60,117 nucleotides of DNA, filler included, from 2 parts of 2 records of this genome joined end to end with filler, not necessarily neighbours in it; one strand, 5' to 3'. Shown: positions 18,990-29,178, numbered from the whole stretch's first letter. Notes: generated from the letters alone by a model not told the origin. A program made the numbers and translations.

Positions 18990-21554
18990 TCAGTCTTTAG
19001 TTAGTTTAGCTGAAGATTCACCAACTTTAATGATGTATGTTCCCGAAGCTAAACTCGATAAATTAGCTTGCTGAACGGACCCTACCGAAACAATTTTCTT
19101 GGTCAAAATCAAATTTCCTTTCAAGTCAAATAATTGTATCTCTTCGGCTGATGATGACTTAAAATAAACTAAATCATGCACTGGATTGGGATAAAACTGT
19201 AACTCAGAATCTGTAAGTTCATTAAAGCCAGATGGATCAACAGTTTGGTCTAACCAACTTACGTCATACGACCACATTGATCGTGAATAGGTCCCAGCAA
19301 CCAATTTTTTATTGAACAAGTCCAATTCTAATTCACTGATTGTTGCTAAAGGCAAGTCCATTCCGACATAATTCCAGTTTAATCCACCATCTTCTGTAAA
19401 GTAAACACCACCGTCTAGCGCAGCAAATAAATAATCATCATCATAACCCGGAACGCTTAAGATATCATTAACAGTTATACCAGGTAAGTTCGCTGAAATG
19501 TCGATCCAAGTTGCTCCATCATCTGTTGTTTTATACAAATAAGAAACTTCTTCATTGTATTTATAACCAGACATGCCAACAAACACAGTGTTATTGAAAT
19601 TTGGTGAACATCTTACAGCTGTTACATGTCTATCCGGTAAAGTTCCTGTGATATCAGTCCAGCTCCAAACGGTCCCAGATCGATCCCCTCTCCACATTAA
19701 TCCGTCACTGGTCCCCACATACAATTTATCTGAATTACTGATGGGTTGATCAATTTCAGAAATATAGTGCCTCTTTTCTTGACCTATGTATGAACCCATT
19801 GCTACCCTCGTTAAATCAGGACTAACAGAATTATAGAAACCAAACGGAGCACCATCCATTTGATGAATTTCAGATGATCCAATAAACAATTCTCCAGTGG
19901 CTTCATTCACCAAATATGGCATATCCCATGCAACGCGATCTGGTGAACTGATACTTGGTGAAACATCTTGCACATCAAATGTGATGAGGTTTTGATAAGT
20001 TAAGCCTCCATTTTGTGTTTCAAAATATACGCCACCCATATCATCTTCTAGAAATGTTACTCTAAAACCATCTCCGCCATAGAGTCTAGACCAATTATTA
20101 AACTGAGATGCGTTACCAGAAAGTGATCCATTATCTTGAGCACCACCGGCATAAACTCCAGGACTGATTTTATCTTGTTCAATGTGGTAAAATTGGGTAA
20201 CCGGGATGTTTTCAATATCTATCCAAGTTGAGCCATTATTAGTTGTTTTATACAAACCACCATCAGTTGCAATTATGTAAGATGTTGCACTTAAGTATAC
20301 GATTGCATGCTTATCAGCATGAACGGTATAATCCCACCAGTTAGGCACATTTTGAGTCCAGCTTGTACCACTATCTTGCGACTTGAACATATCAACACCA
20401 GGCACCATTAATTGATTGTTATCATAAGGGTTAAGGTAAACTTCACCGAAATACCAACCGAACCCTCCTTGAGCGTCTGTAGGTAAGCCTCCAGAATGCA
20501 CATTAAGTGGTGCCCAGTTCGCGCCTCCATCTGTTGTTTTGTAGATGTCAACAATATCTAAGCCCGTGCCTGTATAAGATGCATAAAGCGTATTTGGAGC
20601 AACATCTGAAATGGCTAAACCAATTCTTGATTGATCGCCGGTTGGCAAACCATTTGAAAGTATGTTCCAAGTATCACCCCCATCTGTGGTTTTATAAATT
20701 TTTGCATCAGGCCCCGTCACTTTTGCCTGAAAAGGCAAATTGATTCTGTTAAAACCGGTTGCATACAATATGTCCGGGTTTGACGGATCCATCACCATAT
20801 CAATTACCCCTGAAGAGTCAGAAATGAATAACACATTTTGCCATGTTGTTCCTCCATCAGTTGTTCGATAAACCCCACGATTATCTGGAGTTTTTTCATA
20901 GGTGTTACCCAAGGTGCTCACAAAAATTCTGTCCGAATCAGTAGGATCTATGGCAATTTCAGTAATGATTGCTGTTTCTTCTAAACCTATTTGTGTCCAA
21001 GTTGTTCCGGCATCTGTACTTCTGTAAACACCATTTCCTAGATGTGATCCTCCTCCGAAATTTTTATCTCCAGTTCCAACATATACAGTGTTTTCATCAT
21101 TGGGATCTAACTCAATTTCTCCGATTGCCAAGTAGGCATGATCATCAAAAATCGGATTCCAAGTTGAACCGCCGTCTGTTGTTTTAAAAATTCCTCCATT
21201 GGCTGAACCAGCATAAATGATGTCTTGATCAGTTGGACTCATTGCTAAGGCATTGAATCTTCCCCCAATATTTCCCGGCCCTTCTTGCATCCAACTCTGA
21301 GACAAATCAGGAGTTTTGAAATCTGGATTTTGTGCGTCATAAGCCACTTCCTGCAATCGTTGAACATATTGTGATTGATCAAACGTTGAGGGATAAGATC
21401 TGATGTCATGCCACAAGTTGTTTGGATCTAGTGATTTTGACTCACCTTGAGGTGTTTGAACGATATCAATTGATTCATTTTCGATCTCATTTGAGAAGTT
21501 AAAACAGAATAAAACAGCTCCGATTGAAGCAAGTGTAAGCACTAAATATTTCAT
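18990..21554 (-). CDS. BNR/Asp-box beta-propeller protein (VPS10/GH74-like) with T9SS C-terminal domain
   Basis: Many S/TxDGGxTW repeats; C-terminal FYPNPV..DLKG..SGTYIIK. Confidence 0.88.
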   Translation of the reverse strand: MKYLVLTLASIGAVLFCFNFSNEIENESIDIVQTPQGESKSLDPNNLWHDIRSYPSTFDQSQYVQRLQEVAYDAQNPDFKTPDLSQSWMQEGPGNIGGRFNALAMSPTDQDIIYAGSANGGIFKTTDGGSTWNPIFDDHAYLAIGEIELDPNDENTVYVGTGDKNFGGGSHLGNGVYRSTDAGTTWTQIGLEETAIITEIAIDPTDSDRIFVSTLGNTYEKTPDNRGVYRTTDGGTTWQNVLFISDSSGVIDMVMDPSNPDILYATGFNRINLPFQAKVTGPDAKIYKTTDGGDTWNILSNGLPTGDQSRIGLAISDVAPNTLYASYTGTGLDIVDIYKTTDGGANWAPLNVHSGGLPTDAQGGFGWYFGEVYLNPYDNNQLMVPGVDMFKSQDSGTSWTQNVPNWWDYTVHADKHAIVYLSATSYIIATDGGLYKTTNNGSTWIDIENIPVTQFYHIEQDKISPGVYAGGAQDNGSLSGNASQFNNWSRLYGGDGFRVTFLEDDMGGVYFETQNGGLTYQNLITFDVQDVSPSISSPDRVAWDMPYLVNEATGELFIGSSEIHQMDGAPFGFYNSVSPDLTRVAMGSYIGQEKRHYISEIDQPISNSDKLYVGTSDGLMWRGDRSGTVWSWTDITGTLPDRHVTAVRCSPNFNNTVFVGMSGYKYNEEVSYLYKTTDDGATWIDISANLPGITVNDILSVPGYDDDYLFAALDGGVYFTEDGGLNWNYVGMDLPLATISELELDLFNKKLVAGTYSRSMWSYDVSWLDQTVDPSGFNELTDSELQFYPNPVHDLVYFKSSSAEEIQLFDLKGNLILTKKIVSVGSVQQANLSSLASGTYIIKVGESSAKLTKD

Positions 21555-21690
21555 GGACTAAGAATAGTAATTGCCTTAAAATTAAGGATTTTGAATTTGG
21601 AAACCTATTCTACAGTATCATTCAATGATAATAATTTACAGGTCAAAGTTTGAATGCTAAATCAGTTTCAAATTCAATTCAAAAGAATAA

Positions 21691-23601
21691 CTAACGCTTC
21701 TTCCGACTTCTCCTTTTCTCTTTTAACCAATTAGGCATTTCTTTTGAACCACCTTTATCAGATGTTCCTTCACCGGTTAATCGCGCCAATAAATCTCTTT
21801 TGCCGGCATTAATTAGCTTATCCTTCACCCATTGTTTATTCTCCTTTTTATACCAAAAGAAAAAACGGTGCTGATCTTGCTTTTCTTGCTTCGTTTTTGG
21901 TGCAAAAGTTGGCTTCATGGTATAGGGATGAACACCAGCATAATAAATAACTGTAGCTACTGTCATTGGTGTTGGTGTGAAATCTTGAACCTGCTCTAAC
22001 TGAAAGCCCATTTCTTTGGTTTCAGCTGCCAAATTCGCCATGTCTTCTTCTTTACATCCAGGATGAGAAGAGATAAAATATGGAATCAAAGGTTGATTTA
22101 ATCCGTGTTTTTCTTGAATGCGATCATAGCTTTCTTTGAACTTATGAAAGTACTTAAAAGATGGCTTTCGCATGATACGCAGTGTATCATCTGCAGTATG
22201 TTCAGGCGCAACTTTCAATCGACCCGAAACGTGTCGCGTAATCACCTGCTCCATATATTCTTCAGCATCATCTGATTGCAATTGCTTGTTGTAATCTGAT
22301 ACCAATAAATCGTACCGAATTCCTGAGCCTACAAAGGCTTTCTTTACTTTCGGATGCTGGTCAACCGCCTTATAAATCTCTGTTAATGGCTTATGTTTTG
22401 TGTCTAGGTTTGAGCAGATTACTGGGTGGATACATGAAGGACTCACACATTTTTCGCAAATGGCTTCGTCTATCCCCTTCATCTTATACATATTGGCTGA
22501 AGGCCCTCCAATATCTGAGATATATCCTTTAAATTCTGGATGCTCAGTTACCGCATCAACCTCTTTCATGATGGATTCTTGCGAACGAGATGCAATGAAT
22601 TTTCCTTGATGTGCCGATATAGTACAGAAGCTGCATCCGCCAAAACATCCTCTATGCATGTTAATCGAGAACTTAATCATGTCATAGGCAGGAATAGCTC
22701 CACGCTTATTGTATTTCGGATGTGGTAATCGCGTGTAAGGCAAATCAAACGACTGATCCATTTCTTTCTCGGTCATTGTTTTGTAAGGTGGATTTATCAC
22801 CAATCTGTTTTCGCCGATATCTTGCGTAATTCTTCGTGCAATTAATTTATTAGATTCTACCTCAACCACTTTAAAATTGGCTGCATATGCTAACTTATCT
22901 TGCAGGCATTTTTCATGTGACGAAAGCGCCACATCTTCCCAGTTCTTGTTTTTAGGCAAATCTTCTGCCTTTGGCTGTAAAAATGCTGTTTGCGGAATCG
23001 TTTTCAAGGAATCAAATGGAACGCCTTTTTTCAGGAGATGAATCATATCTCTCAATGGCTGCTCACCCATTCCGTAAACCAACATATCTGCTCTGCTATC
23101 TTCTAAAATTGATGGAAACAACTTATCGGCCCAATAATCATAATGCGTTACTCTCCTGAGGGATGCTTCAATTCCACCCAGTACAACAGGCACATCTGGA
23201 TACAACTCTTTTAATATCTTGCAATAAACGGTGGCTGCATAATCAGGTCTAAATCCAGCTTCTCCTCCAGGAGTGTAAGAATCAGTAGATCTTTTTCGCT
23301 TGCCGGCTGTGTAATGATTCACCATTGAATCCATGCAACCAGAGGTCACTCCAAAAAACAATTTTGGCGCTCCAAATTTTTTGAAATCTCTTAAATCATC
23401 TTGCCAGTTTGGTTGAGGAATAATTCCCACCCGCAGGCCTTCGCTTTGAATGATTCTGCCTATAACAGCAGGTCCAAATGCCGGATGATCAACATAGGCA
23501 TCACCAGAAATGATAACAACATCAAGTTCTTCCCAACCGTGAAATTGAAGTTCCTTTTTAGTGATTGGCAACCAATCTTGATATGGTCTGCGTTCTTGCA
23601 T
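21691..23601 (-). CDS. YgiQ (UPF0313) family radical SAM protein
   Basis: SGDAYVDHPAFG, CFGGCSFC (CxxxCxxC), LKVAPEH, QVQDFTPTP. Confidence 0.95.
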   Translation of the reverse strand: MQERRPYQDWLPITKKELQFHGWEELDVVIISGDAYVDHPAFGPAVIGRIIQSEGLRVGIIPQPNWQDDLRDFKKFGAPKLFFGVTSGCMDSMVNHYTAGKRKRSTDSYTPGGEAGFRPDYAATVYCKILKELYPDVPVVLGGIEASLRRVTHYDYWADKLFPSILEDSRADMLVYGMGEQPLRDMIHLLKKGVPFDSLKTIPQTAFLQPKAEDLPKNKNWEDVALSSHEKCLQDKLAYAANFKVVEVESNKLIARRITQDIGENRLVINPPYKTMTEKEMDQSFDLPYTRLPHPKYNKRGAIPAYDMIKFSINMHRGCFGGCSFCTISAHQGKFIASRSQESIMKEVDAVTEHPEFKGYISDIGGPSANMYKMKGIDEAICEKCVSPSCIHPVICSNLDTKHKPLTEIYKAVDQHPKVKKAFVGSGIRYDLLVSDYNKQLQSDDAEEYMEQVITRHVSGRLKVAPEHTADDTLRIMRKPSFKYFHKFKESYDRIQEKHGLNQPLIPYFISSHPGCKEEDMANLAAETKEMGFQLEQVQDFTPTPMTVATVIYYAGVHPYTMKPTFAPKTKQEKQDQHRFFFWYKKENKQWVKDKLINAGKRDLLARLTGEGTSDKGGSKEMPNWLKEKRRSRKKR

Positions 23602-23623
23602 TCACCACAAAGGTACGGAAGAA

Positions 23624-24493
23624 TTAGTCGACTTTCACATAAGATACAACTGGGCGAAATCCAATTGTAGGTTTGGCTCCTTTATATTCTTTTGAACTGG
23701 TGACCTTTATATCGCCACCTAGAGACATCCAAGAACCTCCCATAACAAGATCATTATTAGCAACCATTTCAGCACAGTTACCACTCATGTTATAAAGTCC
23801 ATAGGCGTTTGGGGAATACGAATTAGCTGGTGCAATAAGCTGATAATCCCCGGCAGACGAATGCAACCGATCTTCGCCATGTGCTATCCTTAAGTCTCCA
23901 TTTTCATCCGTGGAAATATTTTGATCACCAGTTTGCAGATAATTGGCTAAATAGCACCCTTTTTTGTCTCTAAGATCTATTCCTCCCCAAGGGTAAGGTG
24001 AGTTTTCAAAGCCCCCCTTGGCCGCATATATCCATTCTTCTTGAGTTGGCAATCTAAAATCATTAAAGTTTTCATCAGGAAATAAATTTCTCATTTTATC
24101 GGTTAACCATTTACAGTATAAATTAGCTCCTTCTTTAGATACATTGACAACTGGATAATCGTCATAGGCTGGGTGCCAAAAGTAAATTGATGATAAAACT
24201 TCAAAATAATTGTAAGGGAAGCTCTTCAACCATAATGAGGTGTCTGGAATGGCAATTTTCAATTCATCATTTTTATTCTGATTTTTTAAGTCTTGTAAAA
24301 ATTCCCTGTACTGTGCATTTGTTACCTCTGTTGTGGCCATATAAAAAGCATTACACGACACTTTGTTATCTTGAAATTGAAATGAACCGGAAGGAATAAA
24401 AACGAACGATTTATTTTTTGAGAATTTCTTGGAATACGAAATGGATGAAATGCTAAATAAACATATCATCATTAAACAAACAGATTTTGTCAT
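23624..24493 (-). CDS. FGE-sulfatase/SUMF1-fold (GldJ/GldK-like) exported protein, non-catalytic
   Basis: TEVTNAQYREF, YFWHPAYDDYPVV, FRLPTQEEWIYAA, NAYGLYNMSGN, GFR; lacks the FGE catalytic cysteines. Confidence 0.88.
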   Translation of the reverse strand: MTKSVCLMMICLFSISSISYSKKFSKNKSFVFIPSGSFQFQDNKVSCNAFYMATTEVTNAQYREFLQDLKNQNKNDELKIAIPDTSLWLKSFPYNYFEVLSSIYFWHPAYDDYPVVNVSKEGANLYCKWLTDKMRNLFPDENFNDFRLPTQEEWIYAAKGGFENSPYPWGGIDLRDKKGCYLANYLQTGDQNISTDENGDLRIAHGEDRLHSSAGDYQLIAPANSYSPNAYGLYNMSGNCAEMVANNDLVMGGSWMSLGGDIKVTSSKEYKGAKPTIGFRPVVSYVKVD

Positions 24494-24576
24494 TTTATTG
24501 GGCTTAAATTTGATTTATAATAACGAAATTATCAAAAAGTTACAGCAAAATAATTTCTGTTAGATTTGTCATCTAA

Positions 24577-25140
24577 TTGACCGGTTCAGATAAAATATTG
24601 ATTGAAAAATTAGTCGCCAACTTAAAATCAGGTGACCAAGCTGCATTTGAAATGCTTTATGACAAGTATTCTGGGGCATTATTTGGAGTGATATTTAAAA
24701 TTTTAAAATCTGAAGATGATGCACAGGACGTTTTACAGGATAGTCTTGTCAAAATTTGGAAGAATATTCAAAAGTATGATGCTAAGAAAGGCTCATTCTT
24801 TACTTGGATGTTAAATATCTCCAGAAACTCAGCGATTGATAGATACAGAAAAATCAAGCGAGAAGGAAAGGTAGAAATCCAAACATTAGAAACGAACGTA
24901 GATATTGAAAGTAAGCATGTCTCGGTCACAAAAACTGATTCTATTGGCTTAAAAGAAGAAGTGAATAAATTGAGTGAAGATCATCAGTTGATGATTGATT
25001 ATATCTATTTCAAAGGATACACCCAACAAGAAGTTGCAGATGAGTTAAAAATGCCACTTGGCACGGTTAAAACTAGAATTAGATCGGCAGTAATTGAATT
25101 AAGAAAAGTATTTAAAAGCATTATTTTATTTTGGATATAG
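24577..25140 (+). CDS. ECF sigma factor (SigK-like)
   Basis: GDQAAFEMLYDKY, FTWMLNISRNSAID, YFKGYTQQEVADELKMPLGTVKTRIR; TTG start; TAGATTTG promoter element upstream. Confidence 0.92.
   Translation: MTGSDKILIEKLVANLKSGDQAAFEMLYDKYSGALFGVIFKILKSEDDAQDVLQDSLVKIWKNIQKYDAKKGSFFTWMLNISRNSAIDRYRKIKREGKVEIQTLETNVDIESKHVSVTKTDSIGLKEEVNKLSEDHQLMIDYIYFKGYTQQEVADELKMPLGTVKTRIRSAVIELRKVFKSIILFWI
24876..24900 (+). promoter_or_regulatory. putative ECF promoter inside the sigma CDS
   Basis: AATCCAAA-N13-CGTA, repeated with identical spacing at 25979-26003. Confidence 0.5.
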
Positions 25141-25979
25141 AAAAGTACATAACGTCAGGTATTCTTGAAGAATATGCTCTTGGCTCAGTCTCTCCGCAAG
25201 AGAGGCAAGAGGTTGAATGTATGTCTCACATATACCCAGAAATCAAAGAGGCTCTTGTTCAATTGGAGCAATCTATTGAAAACTTTGTGTTCAGTCAATC
25301 TATTAAACCGCCAAAAGAATTGAAAGGGAAAATCCTTGAAAAAATAAAAACTACCAGACAAGAAAGTGTTGAAGAAGGTAGAATAATCCAACTTGATCAG
25401 AACATAATTCAAACTAAAAGTTCTAAATCAAACATAGCAAAGCTATCAATTGCTGCTGGCATCTTGTTTCTAGTGGGCATGCTTGCAACTTGGTATCACT
25501 ATAACGGAAAAGCAAATCAATTTGAATCGGATTATCTTGCGGCAACCAACAAAGTAGAACAGCTCAACGTTGAAAATAACAGCCTAGCAAGTACTGTTGA
25601 TTCACTGAATTCAAGTTTAAGTACTAATGAAAATTTACTGGCAGAACTATCTAATTTTAATACTAGAAAAATTGAATTAGCTGGAACTGAAATTAGTCCT
25701 AGCTCAAAAGTCAACGTGTTCTGGAATTCTTCTAGCGAAAATGTTTTTGTCAAAGTAGACGATTTACCAGAAGTGCCAAGTCAAAAGCAATATCAACTGT
25801 GGGCGATTGTTGATGGACAACCAACAGATATGGGTGTTTTTGATTTAGCAAGCGCTTCAACAATTCAAGAAATGCCATATAAGGTAACCGGGGCTCAAGC
25901 CTTTGCGATTACTTTAGAAAACGAAGGGGGAAGTAAAGTTCCGACCTTGTCAGAATTATACGTGATTGGAAACGTATAA
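25131..25979 (+). CDS. RskA-type anti-sigma factor
   Basis: YITSGILEEYALG N-terminus, single TM, coiled coil, KQYQLWAI..AFAITLENEGGSKVPT. Confidence 0.9.
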   Translation: MDIEKYITSGILEEYALGSVSPQERQEVECMSHIYPEIKEALVQLEQSIENFVFSQSIKPPKELKGKILEKIKTTRQESVEEGRIIQLDQNIIQTKSSKSNIAKLSIAAGILFLVGMLATWYHYNGKANQFESDYLAATNKVEQLNVENNSLASTVDSLNSSLSTNENLLAELSNFNTRKIELAGTEISPSSKVNVFWNSSSENVFVKVDDLPEVPSQKQYQLWAIVDGQPTDMGVFDLASASTIQEMPYKVTGAQAFAITLENEGGSKVPTLSELYVIGNV

Positions 25980-26003
25980 ATCCAAATCTATTTTTCGTTC
26001 GTA
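25979..26003 (+). promoter_or_regulatory. putative ECF promoter at the anti-sigma stop codon
   Basis: AATCCAAA-N13-CGTA, second copy. Confidence 0.5.
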
Positions 26004-26009
26004 GGTGTC

Positions 26010-26182
26010 TATATAATTCGGTTTACGAAAGCCTTTAGGTGCTAATTATGATTTTGTGCGATTCATTTTTCTAAAGGCTCAGTATGAAACTTGGTCAAGA
26101 ATTACCATGAAAAACTCTTACTCTAAATAACCAAGTTTCAGTTAAAAGCAGGCGGTTCAAATTTCGATTTGAGCCGCTTTTT
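26010..26182 (+). ncRNA. candidate ECF-dependent structured sRNA
   Basis: Follows the promoter motif; stems AGCCTTTAG/CTAAAGGCT and TGAAACTTGGT/ACCAAGTTTCA; ends at a terminator; no ORF longer than ~8 codons noticed. Confidence 0.4.
26152..26182 (+). terminator. intrinsic terminator
   Basis: GCGGTTCAAAT-TTCG-ATTTGAGCCGC followed by TTTTT. Confidence 0.8.
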
Positions 26183-27021
26183 TAGAAATATGGGGCAAGC
26201 AATTTTATTTCTTTTGGTTTGATCAATGTGTATCCTTCAGGAAAATGTTTGGTATAGATGATCTCGCCAGTTAGAATGTTAATTAGAGAAAGTTCGGTTC
26301 TTGTATTTACTGAATAATACAAAAGATATTCTGTTCTACTTTCAGTATTCAAGGCACCATAAAAATCCCCTTTGGCATATAAACGATTGGTGATGTTGTT
26401 TTTTTCGATTTGCTTGATGTCAACAAAGTGTACTAAAGCTTCTCGGTTTAGTATTAATGTATTTCCGAGCAAGCCTTTTTGACGTTCAATAATTTCACCA
26501 GCAATTTGTTCGTTTAGATCAAGATTGTTATTGTGGAATTTTTTCTCTTTGATAATTGTGAGCCCTTTATTTAAAATTTGAATGATGTATCGATTAAATA
26601 AATACTCATCTTCATGTTCGAGCAACTCATAAAAACCATTATAGTACATGTAGCCTAAGGTTTGATCAAAGGGCACTTGTTTATCTTTTTTCCAGGCAAC
26701 TGCCGGCTGTAGAACCAGTACATGCTGATTCTTTCGATCCATCATGTGTTTTTTTGTTCGTGTTTTGGTCGTGACAAATAAAGCTGTCATTTCCTTTGGA
26801 GGATGTTTGTATTTTTCAACCGAAGTGAACTCAGAAATCGTCCAATACTTGTCCAAGGCATCTAGCATGCTGGCATCAAAAATTGAATCACCAGTCTTTA
26901 AAAAGCAAATGCCGTTTTCAAGTAAATTTTTAAACGCTAAATCTTTATAACCATAGTTAAAAACTTGCGCATTTAATTGTAGGCTAAGAAACAATGAAAA
27001 TAATAAAGTAATAGATCTCAT
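26182..27021 (-). CDS. hypothetical exported protein
   Basis: Signal peptide ending LNAQ; last gene of the purN-marC run. Confidence 0.7.
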   Translation of the reverse strand: MRSITLLFSLFLSLQLNAQVFNYGYKDLAFKNLLENGICFLKTGDSIFDASMLDALDKYWTISEFTSVEKYKHPPKEMTALFVTTKTRTKKHMMDRKNQHVLVLQPAVAWKKDKQVPFDQTLGYMYYNGFYELLEHEDEYLFNRYIIQILNKGLTIIKEKKFHNNNLDLNEQIAGEIIERQKGLLGNTLILNREALVHFVDIKQIEKNNITNRLYAKGDFYGALNTESRTEYLLYYSVNTRTELSLINILTGEIIYTKHFPEGYTLIKPKEIKLLAPYF

Positions 27022-27027
27022 AATGAT

Positions 27028-27639
27028 TTAATGTGCTGTGTTTGCTACCGATTCTCCAAAAGCAAATAATTCTTTCGCATTATCTGCAAACAATTTTACC
27101 GCTATCGCTAACAAAATTATGCCAAAAACCTTTTTAAGAATTGCTATCCCTCCTTCTCCCAATAAACTTTCGATCTTTTTTGTCAACTTCAATACAACAT
27201 AGACAACTATAATGTTTAAAAAGGCTGCTATGGCAATATTCAGTTCATTATAATCAACCGTTAATGAAATTATTGTAGTCATGGTACCCGCACCTGCAAT
27301 TAACGGAAAGGCTAAAGGAACAATTGAAACCACTTTATAAGAGGCAGCATCATCCTTAAACAATTCAATATTAAAGATCATTTCAAAGGCCAGTGCGAAC
27401 AATATTAATGAACCTGCTACAGCAAAGGCTTTAACATTAACACCTAAAAGCCCTAGTAAACCTTCTCCAGCAAACAAAAAGGTGAGCATAATAACCAGTG
27501 CCACTATTGATGCTTTCAAGGCTTGAATCTTTCCTGCTTTCTCTTTTAAACTGATAATTACCGGAATGTTTCCGACAATATCAATTACAGCGAAAAGAAT
27601 CATGAATACTTTTCCTATTTCAATTAAATCAAATTTCAT
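27028..27639 (-). CDS. MarC family membrane protein
   Basis: LFAVIDIVG, VPLAFPLIAGAG, LKKVFGIILLAIAV. Confidence 0.9.
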   Translation of the reverse strand: MKFDLIEIGKVFMILFAVIDIVGNIPVIISLKEKAGKIQALKASIVALVIMLTFLFAGEGLLGLLGVNVKAFAVAGSLILFALAFEMIFNIELFKDDAASYKVVSIVPLAFPLIAGAGTMTTIISLTVDYNELNIAIAAFLNIIVVYVVLKLTKKIESLLGEGGIAILKKVFGIILLAIAVKLFADNAKELFAFGESVANTAH

Positions 27640-28210
27640 CTGTGAGAATTATTCGTTCAATACAAGGAGCAAAATATTGGTGCTCTAATTTTAATACCTT
27701 TTGTTGTACCTGTTCGGCCGTGTCTGATTCCAAAAGCTGGCACTTGTGTTGCTCAATTATAGCGCCCTCATCATAATGCTCGTTAACAAAGTGTATGGTT
27801 GGTCCAGATTCGGTTTCATTAGCGGCAACAACTGCCCGGTGAACATTCATGCCATACATTCCCTTTCCGCCAAATTTCGGCAGTAAGGCTGGATGGATGT
27901 TTACAATTTTGTTTGGGTAGGCCGCAATTAAATCATCTCCAACTTTCTTTAAGTAACCGGCAAGAACAATGAAATCAATCTTACTTTTCTTAAGACAAGC
28001 TAAAATTGATCCATCTAGGGCGTCTGACTTTGAATGGACGTAAGATAAAATGCCGTGGTTATTAGCATGATTTAACACCCCAGCATTTAATGAGTTACTT
28101 ACAATTAATTGCACCTGAATCTCTTTAGAATTCTTAAAGTACTCTATAATCTTCTCAGCATTACTACCGCCTCCAGAAGCAAAAATTGCTATATTAACTT
28201 TTTTATTCAT
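27629..28210 (-). CDS. purN: phosphoribosylglycinamide formyltransferase
   Basis: ASGGGSN, VLAGYL, NIHPALLPKFGG, HFVNEHYDEG. Confidence 0.95.
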   Translation of the reverse strand: MNKKVNIAIFASGGGSNAEKIIEYFKNSKEIQVQLIVSNSLNAGVLNHANNHGILSYVHSKSDALDGSILACLKKSKIDFIVLAGYLKKVGDDLIAAYPNKIVNIHPALLPKFGGKGMYGMNVHRAVVAANETESGPTIHFVNEHYDEGAIIEQHKCQLLESDTAEQVQQKVLKLEHQYFAPCIERIILTDEI

Positions 28211-28296
28211 TATCTTATTCAGACTGCAAAGGTATATTTAAAGATGCGGAGTAAAACAAATTAATTCAATACATTTATTAAAAAATAGTTCAATTC

Positions 28297-28971
28297 ATGT
28301 CAACTGAAAAATTCCCATTCATTCCCTATCAAAAAGAAAACTACACAGAAGAAGAAATGATTGAAAGGGCTTCGTCCTTTTATACCTTCATGAATAAAAG
28401 ACGTTCAGTTCGTGAATTTTCTGACAAAGACATCCCAAGAGAAGTAATAGAAAACATTGTGAAAACTGCGGGCACCGCTCCTTCCGGTGCACATAAAGAG
28501 CCCTGGACATTTTGTATCATTCGTAACAAAGATTTAAAAAAGCAAGTCCGTGCTTTGGCAGAAGAAGAAGAGCGCAAAAATTATGAGAGTCGGATGAGTG
28601 AACGTTGGCTAAAAGACTTAGAGCCTTTTGGAACCAATCCGGTAAAAGAGTTCATTGATGTGGCGCCCTGGATTATAATTGTGTTGAAACAATCTTATGG
28701 GTTTGATGAAGAAGGAAACAAAACACAAAATTATTATGTCAACGAATCGGTTGGCATTGCAGCAGGTATGTTGATCGCCGCTATTCACAACGCCGGGCTT
28801 GTTACTCTAACCCATACGCCCAGCCCTATGAACTTCATAGCCAAGGCTTTGGGAAGGCCTGAAAACGAGAAACCTTTTTTATTAATCCCAGTTGGGCATC
28901 CGGCTGAGGACTGCAAAGTACCTGACCTTAAAAGAAAGGAATTTAAAGACATAGCATTTTATTACGAGTAA
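28297..28971 (+). CDS. nitroreductase-superfamily flavoprotein, iodotyrosine deiodinase (IYD)-like
   Basis: RRSVREFS, TAPSGAHKEPW, lid EEEERKNY..RM..W..DL....TN.VKEF, VTLTHTP, VPDLKRK. Confidence 0.85.
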   Translation: MSTEKFPFIPYQKENYTEEEMIERASSFYTFMNKRRSVREFSDKDIPREVIENIVKTAGTAPSGAHKEPWTFCIIRNKDLKKQVRALAEEEERKNYESRMSERWLKDLEPFGTNPVKEFIDVAPWIIIVLKQSYGFDEEGNKTQNYYVNESVGIAAGMLIAAIHNAGLVTLTHTPSPMNFIAKALGRPENEKPFLLIPVGHPAEDCKVPDLKRKEFKDIAFYYE

Positions 28972-28998
28972 ATTTTGATTTTCTAGTTTTAAGTATTT

Positions 28999-29098
28999 NN
29001 NNNNNNNNNNNNNNNNNNNNNNNNNNNNNNNNNNNNNNNNNNTTAATTAATTAANNNNNNNNNNNNNNNNNNNNNNNNNNNNNNNNNNNNNNNNNNNN
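28999..29098. other. artificial contig-joining spacer
   Basis: 44 N + TTAATTAATTAA (stops in all six frames) + 44 N; base composition changes across it. Confidence 0.98.
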
Positions 29099-29102
29099 AA
29101 CA

Positions 29103-29128
29103 GGGTCGAGCCCTTAGGGCTGGATCCC
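29103..29128. repeat. REP-like palindrome at the contig B start
   Basis: GGGTCGAGCCCT-T-AGGGCTGGATCCC; the same element occurs at 60097-60117. Confidence 0.7.
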
Positions 29129-29178
29129 CTTGTCTTTAAGCCTGAATCCAGCCCAAATCCCCATAACACCAATCCCCT

